The notes below the pieces were generated by a model. The model was not told the DNA's origin. It did no database searches and saw nothing but the letters and a program-made list of their open reading frames with translations. From Paragordius varius (taxonomy: Eukaryota > Animalia > Nematomorpha): 64,000 nucleotides of DNA. The position numbers and the translations under genes are program-made. Where the stretch lies: the NCBI GenBank assembly GCA_964247055.1, contig OZ176051.1, positions 8,370,001-8,434,000 on the forward strand. The letters run 5' to 3'. How positions within the stretch are numbered: position 1 is the first letter of the stretch; every line of letters starts with the position of its first letter. Shown in pieces: positions 1-13,500 of this stretch.

Positions 1-53
1 GCTAAGCTTAAAATAAACCATTGAATCAATCGTTTAATTTAACACTATATTAG

Positions 54-530
54 CTTTTGGGGCAGTTTCATATCCCCAGAGCGATTTAAAATTGGAATAT
101 CTAAATAAGGAATTAAGCCGAATTTAAATATGCTTTTTTGGCCTTTTGGGCGAAATTATTAAAAAAGGTAAAATTGTAAAAAATCATCATGTCAAACTTT
201 TTTGCCGCTATTTTTCATATAAATTGTTTAAAATCGCTATTTCCACAGGCAAATAGATTTAGTAAATGTGAGTAATTAAGAAAAAAATTTCAGGCTACAT
301 TTTAACAGCAAAAACTTTATATATTTTAATTTAATTATCAGCTGTTTGATGCGAATCGTGTTTTAAAGCTGTTCCAATTTTAGACCATAGCAGTCACAAA
401 ACAGTAATAATTATAAGCCTTTTTATCTAATAGATAACAATGTTTGATAATTAAATTTAAACTAAAATAGCTTTTATAACTGTTGTTTTTCAATATTTTT
501 GAACTTTGGGATATAAAACTACCCCAAAAG
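54..530. mobile_element. MITE with ~24-bp TIRs
   Basis: CTTTTGGGGCAGTTTCATATCCCCA (54-78) versus TGGGATATAAAACTACCCCAAAAG (507-530). Confidence 0.55.
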
Positions 531-1797
531 ATAAACCAAGAAAAGTAATGATGTGTAAATTATGCCTTATATATTTCCAATTAATATATTTAAAATGTTT
601 TAATGTTTATACAAAATATAGAATTCTTTGAAAATTAGGTTTGTAATAGACATAAAACGGTGACACTGAATGAACTTTAATTCCTAATCCATTTACCCTT
701 GAAAATTCTTATCAATAGTTTTTATTTATTTTTTCTGTCTAGTAAAATTGTTAAGCTTATATGTAATATATGTTAATTGTATGAATATTTTTGATTAATA
801 AAAAAATTTAAAAGAAAGTTATTTAATCAAGGTTAACAAAGTTCTTTGTTAATTAACAACAATTATGAAAAATATCGGTAAATTAACCATATTTTAATGA
901 ATTCCAATTATCTTTATCAATAGAGTAGTTTTATTTACTTATTTTCTCAAGTAAATAAAACTTGGTGGCTGCGAAATATACACATCGATTTCAAATTATT
1001 CTATAAATACCTTCCATAATTTATAATATTTTATATGTTTAAGAATGATTATAAGCTTTTGAGACTGAAAATTGTAACCGTGATTAAAACAGCTGTTTGT
1101 TTCAAAGATTTGGCAAAGATGCAGAAGCCATAAAACTTTAAAATTAAGGGTTTTTACCCAATATCCGCTAATGCTTCTCATGTTTTAGCAAAAACAAATT
1201 AGATAAAATAAAAGAGTGTACATAAAAGTTGTAAGTTTAATAAATAAAGTTATAGGAAATTGATATGGGTTTCACCCTTAAGTTTAAATTCAATATAATT
1301 TAAACAATTTATCAAAAATTAATATATAGCGAAAATTATAGGATACATTTAAATAACATCAATCATAATCGCTTGATTTAATTTGATTAAATATCCAAAT
1401 TACAAAATGAAAATAAAAAAAATAAAGCGTTAAAAACTATTTGTCCCAAAAAACAAAGGACCAAATTTTGACATAAAATAAGTTAGGACACGAAACAATA
1501 TTACAAACACGTCGGCTTAAGACCTCTAGCAGTGACTTAGTAACGGATTAAAGGAGTGTATACATGAGTGTTGAAAATTATGGGAAATTAATTTTGTCAA
1601 AATTTAATTCAAATTTATACTCTACTTTTTTGGCACCAACAAGAAAGAAGGGTCGTCATCGAGGATTCGTTTGGCGCCATAAAGCTATCTGCCTATCTAA
1701 ACGATCGGTTCTAATTTTATGAAAATTGTCTAAATTAGATATAAGGATTTTAAAAACGTCAAAATTATTGTGCATTCTATTCCGCTGTGGTGTACAT

Positions 1798-1799
<2 letters not shown>

Positions 1800-1839
<40 letters not shown>
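1800..1839. repeat. (TA)n microsatellite
   Basis: About 20 TA units. Confidence 0.95.
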
Positions 1840-1842
<3 letters not shown>

Positions 1843-1930
1843 CTCCTTTTCAGATAGGATATTTTTTAAATTAATGAGTAATTTTATGTTATGACAACAG
1901 GTTAACTAGCAGAGTTAATGTAAATAATTA

Positions 1931-2400
1931 CTTTGATTCGAATTGGGGTAGCTAAAGACCACAGACTATATTTAAGTTAACATTTCTAAAAAACTACTGA
2001 AAGAAACGGTTCTAATTTAAATTTATGCTTTTATTCTAAATTATAGTCAAAAAAGCTAAATAAATTTAGTTTTGACAAAAATTCCATATCAAATTACTTT
2101 GACGCCATTTTTATTTTAAAACATCTTTGTAAATAGTGTACGCTAATATTAAAGCTAATATTTTATTTAAACATCTAATATTAATTTAATTAAAATAGTG
2201 GTGTATATTGTCTTATTTTTATTTGACTGACGCACACATGTCAAGGTTTATGGATAAAATAACTAGCATCGATGTTATATAAGTGCAAACTTTTATAATG
2301 TTTTTTCCATATTTTCAAAATATTTGACTTCACAAGCCTGGGGTCCCCAGACACCTCAATTCGAATCGGAGTACTGAAATGAATGTCTTGTATCCAAGTG
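1931..2400 (+). mobile_element. piggyBac-like MITE (degenerate left end)
   Basis: TTTGATTCGAATTGGGGTA ... AATTCGAATCGG-spacer-CCAAGTG|TTAT; body matches the other copies. Confidence 0.65.
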
Positions 2401-2738
2401 TTATTTATAATTATTGTAGTATAGTCTTTTTGTTATGTTTTGAATGCCGATTGTAAATTTTGGTCAAATGTTGTTTATGTCGTACTCACTTTGATAATTT
2501 ATAAATTTTTGTCAACCACAGTTAGTACTTTTTGGTTTTAATGTTGTAAACATGCATTAAAAAACATATTAATTCGCAAAAAGTAAGGAATCCCATTTTT
2601 TCACTATTGGTAAAACTTCAAGTTTTTCCCAAATTTTAGAATATTTTACTTAAATAAAGTATAAAACCACATTATCATTACATATTAATTATTATACTTT
2701 ATATTTATAGACACCTCTAATAAATCAGGAATATATTT

Positions 2739-2740
<2 letters not shown>

Positions 2741-2777
<37 letters not shown>
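2741..2777. repeat. (AT)n microsatellite
   Basis: About 18 units. Confidence 0.95.
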
Positions 2778-2780
<3 letters not shown>

Positions 2781-3229
2781 GAATAAAACAATGCCAAAAT
2801 ATTAGGCAATAAATTTATACATCCTTTGACATTTAATTTCAGATTTATTACAATAATATAATACTAATTTATCACCCAAACTGACATAATCAATAATTGG
2901 AGAATAAATAATATTTTATAATTTATTATGATAGTTTTTGGCCATTTTAAGATACAATTTCGTGAATAATAATTTTATTGTAATGAATGGCATGAGTGAA
3001 ATTGTTTTTGATAATTTCATAATTTATTAGCTTATTAATATGGATAAATTGCTGATAAAAATTCGGAGAAATCTATATGGTGAATTCATAAAGTATATAC
3101 ATTTGCGCAAGATTTTGGAATCAAATTCCATAAAAACAAAACATTCCTTTTATGGTCTCACTAAAAATTATTGTCATAACATTTTTATCTGGATGAATAT
3201 AACTGTCAAACGCAAACAAAGTTTTAATA

Positions 3230-3232
<3 letters not shown>

Positions 3233-3262
<30 letters not shown>
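3233..3262. repeat. (AT)n microsatellite
   Basis: About 15 units. Confidence 0.95.
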
Positions 3263-3264
<2 letters not shown>

Positions 3265-3400
3265 TTATGGCGCTGTTGCTATCAATTACAATATCTGGAA
3301 TATGGCCTCAACCGATCTACCGATACCGTTATATAAATATGGAAAAATCTAGTCTTGTATTTATTAATTTATTTACCTTACAAAGGGGAATATCGAAAAG

Positions 3401-3402
<2 letters not shown>

Positions 3403-3432
<30 letters not shown>
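3403..3432. repeat. (AT)n microsatellite
   Basis: About 15 units. Confidence 0.95.
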
Positions 3433-3434
<2 letters not shown>

Positions 3435-4509
3435 AAAAGATTAAATTCTTTGTGATAAGGCAAAACTATACCTACCGTTGTTCGCATTAGCTGAAATTCA
3501 AAGAATAATGAATTATTTACTGGCATACTATATAATAATAATTTATTATTATTAATAAAATAAAAGTCAAAAGAAAGGACAATTGTTTCTTGTGGCTAAA
3601 GAATTAAAGTTTGACAAAAGTTATAAACAAAAGGCTCTAATCTTTTTCCTTAGGTTGTTGTACGCTAATTTTATTTTGTTAATATTTATGAGCGTATTTA
3701 GAACAATATTAAATTTAATTTGCCTTTGGGACGACCAGTATTAATTATTTTGAATTGTGACATATCTTACTATTTGCTACTAGAGTTAAAAATTTCTAAG
3801 CTATATTGGGGAATCATATAGCCGCTTTTTTAATAAAGAGCATAAATAAAGCAATTTTAGAATACTGTTTGATTTTAAAAGGTCACAAATTAGATATAAA
3901 TTTACTATTACGTATTAATTATTATCTTTATAAGTTACTGTAAAAATCATTTATAAATAATCCATTATATATAATTATTTTATACGAATTGCAATCACCT
4001 GTCTGACAACTGTCACGTATAATTTATAATCTTCTAATTATTTTTTTGATTGAGGTTTTAAGTGTCGTGTGGTGTGGACCTTATGTCCTTTTAATACTGT
4101 AAATTATATAAAAGCAAATATCATATTATCGTTATAAAATTAATTTCTTAAAATTTCATAGTTTATTATTTTAACATTTCCAACTAATTACATAAGTATA
4201 AGTATATATTGGTAGAAAGTTATTAATTATTGCCAAATACATATGCAGGAAAGAGAATTATTATTGGCTATTAATGGTAAAAATTGCGAAAAATAACTAT
4301 ATGCCAATAATACTGCCCTTTGCTGTATATATGCTATTTGGTAATAATTAATAACTTCTAGCAATATATACTTACTTATACTGTAAAATCGTAATAAAAT
4401 ATCTTTAAATAAATTTACTGTACCGTTTTTGATCAATTTTACAAGTATACTATTTTTTAAAAATTTGTATTAAAAACAAATTGATATTTATAAACATATT
4501 TATTAAATA

Positions 4510-6819
4510 CTAGCTGGCCCTAAAACGCTTCGCTGTGACGCAGTCTCACCTTTGCAATAAATAGAGGTAATGGAGATAAAAAAATAATAAAAAACATATT
4601 CAATAAAAAAATTTTAATTATTCTTTTACAGGTTTTTGCATAGGCTCAAATATTGTTTACTCGAAAGTGACCATATTTGAACTGTCCCTTATGAAAGTTA
4701 ATATTCAACTATCATTGGATTTAATTTAAGATTTTCGCTATACGAAATTATGGTTAAAAGTTTTATTTTTTTTCACACAGCTGGGATCAAGGGATATAAA
4801 AAAGTAACCATTTTGGTCCCTTTTTAAAGGAATGATATACAAATTCGCCAGAAATGTGTTTAACTGAAGTTTTTAAATCAGCCCCAAAACCACCCCATTT
4901 TAATATGCCGTCTGTTTTAAACCGGTAGACCCTTACCCATAGACCTATATGGAAAAGCGCTGGGTTAAATTCTTTGCCTTTATAGGGTAAATATTTGGAA
5001 TCATCTTTTATACTATCGTCTCATGGGGTCACTATATAATCGTTATGTGATGGCGTATAGGGGCATAAAGGACCCAAATTAACGGCTGATTAAAAAAAGT
5101 CCGACCCAAATTTTCTATAGTTACGGGTTATATTTCGAACTTTAAATGAGCTCATATGGCAAAAGTTTAAATTAGTTCAACAACGCAATTTCTATATAGT
5201 GGCGCAGTTTTTGGCGGGTAGCTCCTAACCAAAAAGCGTTGGGCAAAATTTTTGCCCTAATATGAGCAATGTCTGGAATTATCATGCCATATGTTCCTAT
5301 TAGGCTTATAGGTTTCTTAAATTTGGCTCCAAAGGCATGCTGCTATGGTGACGCAGTTGTTAACGGGTAGCCCCCTACCCAGAGGCCAATATAAAAAGAC
5401 GTTCGATAAAAAAATTTGCCTTATAGGGAAAATCATCATTAATTCCATATGTTCTTAATAGTTTTTGGAAGAATGGCTTCAAAACTAAATAATAATTCAA
5501 TGATAGCGCAATTTTTAGGGCGTAAAGGGTATTATTAACGGCTAATTATAAAAAACCGCATGACTTAAATTTTTACCTTTTTACGTGTATTTCAGGCTCA
5601 TATTAAACTTATGTGGCCTGATAAGTTTTCTGAAAAAAACTACAAAACAACGCAACTTCGATATAGTGCCGCAGTTTTAGGCGTGTAGCTCTCTACCCAG
5701 AGACTGATACAAAAAAGCGCTTGATTAACTATTGCCTATTAACGGAGGATACCTGGAATATTCCATATGCTCTCATTAGTTTTTGGAAAAAATTGCCTCA
5801 AAAGTAAAAAATCATTCTATGGTGGCGCATTTATCAGGGCGTGGGCCTAATTGAGGGCTATTTTAAAAACCGCATGACCTAAATTTTTGCTTTGTTACGG
5901 GTAATATTTTAAGCTATTTAACTCATATGGCTTGATAGGTTTTTTGAAAATTAACAACTAATCAACGCAATTTTGATATGAGGGCGCAGTTGTAGGCGGT
6001 AGCCCCCTACCCAGAATATACAAATGTAGTTAGATAAAAAATTTTGTATACGGGAATACCTGGAATCATCTTAATTCCATATGTTCTTAATAGTTTTGGC
6101 TTCTAAACTAAATAATAGTTCAATGATAACGCATTTTTAAGGGCGTAAAGGGCCTATTTAACCGCTATTTTAAAAAATCCGCTCGACTTAAATTTTTTAC
6201 CTTGTACGGGTAATATTTTAAGCAGCTATTGAACTCATATGTGATAGGTTTTCTGTTTAGCCCCCAAAGCACGCTAATTCGATATCACGGGTCAGTTTTT
6301 AGCGGATATCTCCTCACTCTGCAGCTATCATCTAAGAAAAAGGCTTGACTAAAATTTTTGCCTTTTAACAGGGGATACCTGGAATCCTTATTGAATTTTT
6401 ACGGTCTCATACTTTGGGCGAAAAATAGATTCAAATATTTTTGAGGACTTAATTTTTTTGAAAAAAATGGCAATTTACGAGGGGAGCGGGTAAAAAGAGG
6501 GCCTACATTAAAAAAGCGAGCCGACTATGTTCAGCGCAATCGAAAATAAGTAAAAAATTATATTTGAAATCGAATGGTCCAACACGTTTTCGGGAAAATT
6601 GTCTTAAAGACACGATTTTGGTGGACTTTTATTTTCGAAAAATACCCGTTTTTTACACGGGGTGGGCCCGAACTGGGGGCCTAATTCGAAAAAGGGCGAA
6701 GCTATTGTCGGGGCATTCCTTAATGATTATATTCTTTCGACATTTGGATTTGAATGGGTCTACCGGTTTTCCGGTACCAGATCACAAAGCCACCACTTTC
6801 CATTTTATAAATATATAGA
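4510..6819 (-). mobile_element. Non-autonomous Helitron, copy A
   Basis: 5' end A|TCTATATATTTATAAAA at 6819 on the minus strand; 3' end ...GCGAAGC...GCCAGCTAG|T at 4510. The body matches copies B-D, with degenerate internal subrepeats at about 150-310 bp spacing in 4.9-6.4 kb. Confidence 0.8.
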
Positions 6820-7515
6820 TTAATTTATTGAAGACATATTTTGTACATTCAGAAATAAAATAATGGAAAAAAATAGCTACTATCTATAGACTAGGATTAG
6901 ATACTATTTTGATAAGCCTGATTTCATACAATGAGATCAGGAAAACAATTAAAATTCTAGTAAATTAAACGGCGAATATGATATGCCAAAAATCACACTC
7001 CATATATTTGTAAAATAAATATTTTGAGAGATGGCTCCATCGGTTATAAAGGGCCATTTATAAATAAATATATTCGTTTTTGATTCAAGGATTTTTAGCG
7101 GAAGAGAAGCCACGTTCCTTTGCACCAAAATAACTCTCATCAATATTTAAAAAGAAGAATTGGCACAAATTGTCTTGCCGCAAAATTTACAATAAAACAT
7201 CCACCAAATATTATATAATAAAGTATTTCATCTATCCATATACAATACCCTTTATAAATAGAAATATATATATTAAAATTAAATCATTTATTTTTATTGT
7301 TATTACACATTTCTTCGCATAATAAAAATAATAATTTTTTAAATGGATATCATATAAAAACCAACCATATTGTGTAATACTAAAAAATCATTAAGGTTTT
7401 TGGTGTTGTCGCAATCAGTGCTGCCTGAAAGGTGTTGAGTAATAATGAGCTCAATACATTTTTTTTACAAAAAATCAATTCTGTTTGTTGTGATATATTT
7501 GTGCCGATAAATGAT

Positions 7516-10500
7516 TCAAGCTAAATATATGTATTCATCGGGATATTCGTCCCCCCGCCGTTTCATAAATTGTTTTTCAATCAAGCCCTCAACACATTTC
7601 TTTATCATTGGGACACTAGGGAGAAATCGATGTTTGGAATGCTCTATGACCTAAATAGCCACAATAAAAATTGTATAATATAAACCTAGCCAATCAATTT
7701 CGTATTGAACATTCATCTTTAAAAATATAAAAGAACTTACAATAAAATGGCAACAAATGTTAATATAATTAGGAGAAAAATATTAGATTAGGTCCTGTTT
7801 TTTGACTCCTTCGTATTTATATACATGTACGATAAAATTTGGGGTCAGAAACTGAACAAATTCATATAGCTGGTTAAATTAAGTGATTTTGGCTTTAAAA
7901 TTTAAATATAGTATTAAACAAGTGCTTTATATAATCGTAAATATAATTTATACAGGGATGTCCAAAACAAATGTTTTCGCGGTGTGATATTTTCCGATTT
8001 CTGACAATATATTTTTAAAATAATCATAAAATTTTGATTAAAATCCACATTATTTTACATTTTTTAGATGACCTTGGACATTCCTGATTTAAATAGTGGT
8101 GACCAATTATGTCCAGTAATATTTTCTTTTTTGACACTATGTCTTTGGATGTATTTAAAATTAGTGTTTGATAGCAGAATTAAATAAAAAAATAACCGGA
8201 CATCACAATTCGTTAGATTAAAATAATCAATGTTTAATATTAATAAATAACCGATTTCAACAATTGTAATAATGTATAATTTGGAAATACCCAATAAATT
8301 TATAAATAACCTATAAAATAATAATAAATTTCAAAAACATTCAAAAGCGACATCATCTAAATACCTCAGGTATCAAATTGTTGTGATGTATAGATTTTCG
8401 AGATTTCAGTATGCGTACAATCACAGTTTGTAAAAATAATTTTCGGTCCTCTTCAATGGCATAATTTGTGGCATCAGAATCCTTCAATTTAAAACAAATA
8501 TATAATCTATAAAAAGCTCATTTTTGTATAATTTTGGGGTTTAACATTTTGAATATATAGTAAAACTAATTCTAAAACCAAAAAATATCTAACCAAAAAA
8601 TGAGTTCTCAATACTTTTGCCATATATTATTCTATTTTTATATAATTTTTTCCCTCAAAAGTACGTTAGTTTATAATGTAAAAATCTTACGTTAATTCCA
8701 ATCATCAGAGTGTCTGATGTGCCAATGTTAACAGCATTATTCCCAGTATTTTGTGTAAATATGTGTGCAGGTAAGTTAGGGGGTAAAATTGGTAATTTAA
8801 TCTTCGTTTTTTTGTTACTAAAACTTTGGTTTAAGGCAAAAACACCACATTCCATTTGACAACAAATGTGTTCTATCATAGAAATTTTGGATTGATCCAA
8901 AATGGTTGAGGTAGTGCCAGGATTGGACATAAGAAGAAGAATAGATTTTGTAGATGGTACAATTTCCAATGTATTATCCTTTGAAAGGTAAAAAAAGCGG
9001 TTAAACACGCAATAAAAGGAAACTTTAGGTGATATAGTGGATAAGGCACTTTTTAGTAAATAATAACCTCTATAAACTATACATGCGTTAATAATCAAAA
9101 TTATCCTGAAAAAAATATCCAATTTTTCATGATAGAACTGATAAAAGTTGTGCGTAAAGCTATCATAAAGACATTATATTTAACACTTGGTATATATTTT
9201 ATCATACATTTAAGACTAAAACGGATTATCAACCAAATATTTATGGATAATAAACCTTATTTTTTTATCAACTAAGGTCATTTATTCTAGTAAAAAAAGT
9301 AAAATATGACTTACAATAGTGTTAATTTTGTACATATCAAGCACGCCGAAATCCAAAAAAGTTAGGAGATGTCTTTTAAGTTCGGCATTAGCAAGTGTTG
9401 TAACACTTTGTATAGTATCGTATGTAATATAAGGGGAAAGGCACCCTTTGTTCTCACTATTTAAATTTTTTGCATGATTTTTATTATTCTTGACATTAAT
9501 GTCATACGAGTCATCGTTAAAGAGGAGTAAAATAGCCATTTGATAAGTGTTGAGGGATAGGAAATAAGGCTTAGTCAAGTATGTCAATTTCAATTCACCT
9601 ATCGAACAAAAAAAAAGAATATGTAATAGAATATTTTCTAATCTAAACTGTATATTAACAAAATTTATAGCTTATTTTCCCCGTTATTCATAAAATACTT
9701 TGGAAAAATCTTAATTTATTGTAAACAATTTTGCTAAATTATGGTTAATTGACCTAAAAATAAATAAGAATATTTAAAGATATTGTACGCATTGATCATA
9801 TTCATTAATTAAGTTGTTAAACATCAAAATATTGATAAAACTTAAAAATACCCATAGAAAGATGAAATAACCAGGTGAGATTCCGTTTTTTAAAATTTGT
9901 CCCATAAAATTGTTCAAACTAAAAAATAAATAAAACATTTGTAATGATATATCGATAGTATATATAATTTGATTGTATTAATTGCTAGAAATTCAAATAA
10001 ATTAAAAAAACCCAAGTATATGCAAATAATTTAATGTAAAAAATTTGGAAATAACTTTGCGAAAATGATAAAGTAATGGTATAAACCAAAATATAACGTT
10101 ATCATATGTAATTTTAACTTAACATATAATTTAAATTTATTTTAAATGTAAAAAAATAGTTTTTCTATAAAACTCTTATTTCTTTCCTATGTTTGGCAAA
10201 AAATTACTTGATTTAGGCATTTTTCCAAAATTTGGGGTGCCTGAAATGATGGAAGATTCGATTGATTAATGGGCCATGAACCAGCCTAATAACAAATAAG
10301 GAATATTCAACTTAAAATTAACATTTAAATTCGCAAAACATTTAATTTGTTTCGATTCAAACAAAACGTTAAGACACAAAAAACTATATTTTGAGCATAA
10401 AAGTATATCAATAAAAGGCAAAAATGTATTTGTGTAAAAAAAGGACCTTACATTAATTATATGTATTAATAAAATATAATACCTGTAAAATATAAACGGA

Positions 10501-13500
10501 AAAATTTGAAATGGGAATCCCTCCATCATTGTCGTTTTTGAGCTTAAGAGATTGGAAAAACTTTTCATTCAAATCTTTGCTTATGCGAATATCGGTAAAC
10601 ATGCGCGTTAATTTGCTAGTGAAATCAAAACCACACGCTTGCTATTAAAATAAAATTTTGAGGTAATTATAATTTAAAACATATTTAAAGGATTTCATTT
10701 TAAAAATAGAAAATATATAGTTAAAATTTCAACATATTTTGTTCAGAAACTGTTAAAAATTTTTTTATTAAAAACTGTGTAAAGACTAAAAATTTATGCA
10801 TTTTTTCCCCTTTTTGTCGACAATTATCATTCATTTTATCAAAAATCTAAAAAAGTAATTTTTAAATAAAACCTTTAACTTATTAATCATATTTTCTTCC
10901 GTATCCAATGATTGGGAGGAACCAAAAATTAACCGTTTTGCCAACATATTTGCATAAAACTTGTTTGGTAAAATATAAAACATATAAATTTGGATAAAAT
11001 TTAATGATTTAATAAAAATTCTAACAAACAATAAAAAAATATAGATTATTAGAGACTTTTTTATATAACTTTTAGTAAAATAGGATATAAATTATTGAAA
11101 GATTGAATAATATAACGCAATAAACTATTTTAACAAAATTAAATATTTAAATTTATATGACGGAGAGCAAATATACAACAATTTTAATTCTGCTTGTGGC
11201 TTTTATTATATTATAAAAGTATTAAATTAAACAAAAAAGTATAAAATTTTTACTTGTTGGAAAGTATCTTTATCTTGCAAATATTTAAAGAGTGTCACCA
11301 CGTTACTCAAATTTATTTCAATATCGGTTTCTGACATTGAGCGCGGGTTTTTCTTGAGCAAAATATCACAATATCGACTAAGCTAAAATATATATCACAA
11401 ATTTAATAACATATATTTAAGATAAGATATATACCATTTACGATTCAAATTCACCCTTGAAGGATTCAACTTATCCTTGAACAGTTCAAATGCACTCTAA
11501 AAATAAATTATGTGTTTTCGAGCTAATGTAACTCATTATTAATATGAAATATATCTTTATGGCTTAGTTTATTTATTTTTCAGTATAGTTTTGATTTTAA
11601 CGAAATTACATTTTTTAATAATATAGGTTATTTTTAAATTTAAAAAACACATAATATATTTTAGCGATTTGAATTATTTAAGGGTTAATAATGTGAAATG
11701 TTCAAGGGTTAATTTAAAGTGTAAATGGTATATTAACCGATTGAAAATATTCATTATTTTAAAATTAAATTAATTAAATATAAGCATACTACCTGTTCAG
11801 GTGCTCGACAAAATTGTTTTCCGGGTGATTTGTAATTTATTGCATTTGTACAAGCCTATTTTTATATATATAATTCTCGATATTATTGTATTGGTAAAAG
11901 CAAATATTTGTGATATTAAAATGATATGGTTTAATAATAAAGGGGACCATATCTACACAACAAAATATAAAAATAAATGTAAATCAAATATTTATCACCC
12001 AATTTTAAAACTCCCCAAATAACCCAACAAATAAATTAAAATATAATAATAATAATGTTTGAATTGCATATTTAAGAAAAACTAAAAAAAACTCAGGATA
12101 AAAACGCATTCATTTTAACAAAAAAATATTTTAAAAATATTACTCGATCTAAAGCTAGTAAAAACCGGGTATCGTTATCAAACGTGATAGCTATAAATTG
12201 CTTAAATTTTTGATGAGTGCTCAATATTGTTTCAACGTATGATACCGGATCCTAATATATATAAATATAAAGTCAAATGTACGTCTTTTTATGTGGAATA
12301 TTTATTCGATATGAATTTACCCTTGATTTACATGTGTGTGTGAAAATAACTATTTAATATTTTTATACGCATAAATGACATATTTTTTAGCATTTCCGGG
12401 CAAATTTTATTATTAAAAATACTTTATTATAGTTTGAATCAACAATATGATTGATTAAATTTCAAAAAGTTATTTATACAATTTTTTCAAATAAAAACGT
12501 AGTTAAAAAATATATTTTTTGCAAACTTTTATCCGTTCTCATTTCACAAAAAAAATTATACATATTATTTACAATTCAAGTCACCCTTAAACAATTCAGA
12601 TTTACCCTTAAACAATTCGACTTTACCCTTGAACAATTTATTTCACCCTTGAACAATTCAAATTCACCCCTAAACAATTTAAATTTCGTCGAACAATTCA
12701 AATTCACCCTTAAATAATGGAAATCCACTGTAAAAATAAATTATTATGTGTTTTCGGGCTAATATAATTCATCATTAATATGAAATATATTTTTACGACA
12801 TAATTTATTATTTTTTCAGCATTATATTAATTTTAAACAGAATTGCATCGTTTAAAAATATTAAAAAATAAAGGTAATTTTTAATCTCAAAAAAACACAT
12901 GCTTTATTTAGGGTGAATTTGAATTGTTCAAGGGTGTGAATTTGAATTGTTCAAGGGGGAATTTTAACTGACACGGTATAAAATATTTAAATAATTATTT
13001 TTTTTATAAAATTATATTTTAAGCAAACGAAATACATTTTGTTCTTCCATAGCAATCATTTGTGCCATTAAAACTTCCGTAATGTGTTGACATAGTGTGT
13101 CCATTAAAGCTTTTAAACTGTCATCGATTGGATTAAGTAGGGTGTACATTAAATGTAAATCTGAAAAATAATTAGGTTTTTTTTAAAAAAAATTATTATG
13201 ATTTATATAACTTTTAGTTAAATGATATATATATTTTTGATTTATTTTAGTTAAATTATAAACTATACAACTAAGTAAATTTTAAAATTCATGTCAATAT
13301 AAGAAAAATAAATAAATAATTCATAACACAAATTATTAATAGCAATTTCAATTTGAAAACTTGATAAGGTGTTAATAAAAAGCTGTACATTGAAAACAAT
13401 ATAAGACACTTATAAACCCAAATTAAAAACCGATTTATTAACTCTTTTTTGTCTTTATAAATATGCCCCCAAAAAACCTTTAATGAGTTCATCTCGAATC

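Noticed and set aside
3040-3526. ORFs containing IYIYIY runs
   Set aside because: They read through (AT)n microsatellites.
8700-8712. CTGATGA matches at about 8703 (-) and 45203 (-) as hammerheads
   Set aside because: No GAAA, stem II or stem I geometry; both lie in coding or transposase sequence.
12451-12717. 88-aa ORF with repeated LKQF/LNNS motifs
   Set aside because: It is the translation of the 20-bp MITE subterminal array inside a cul2 intron.
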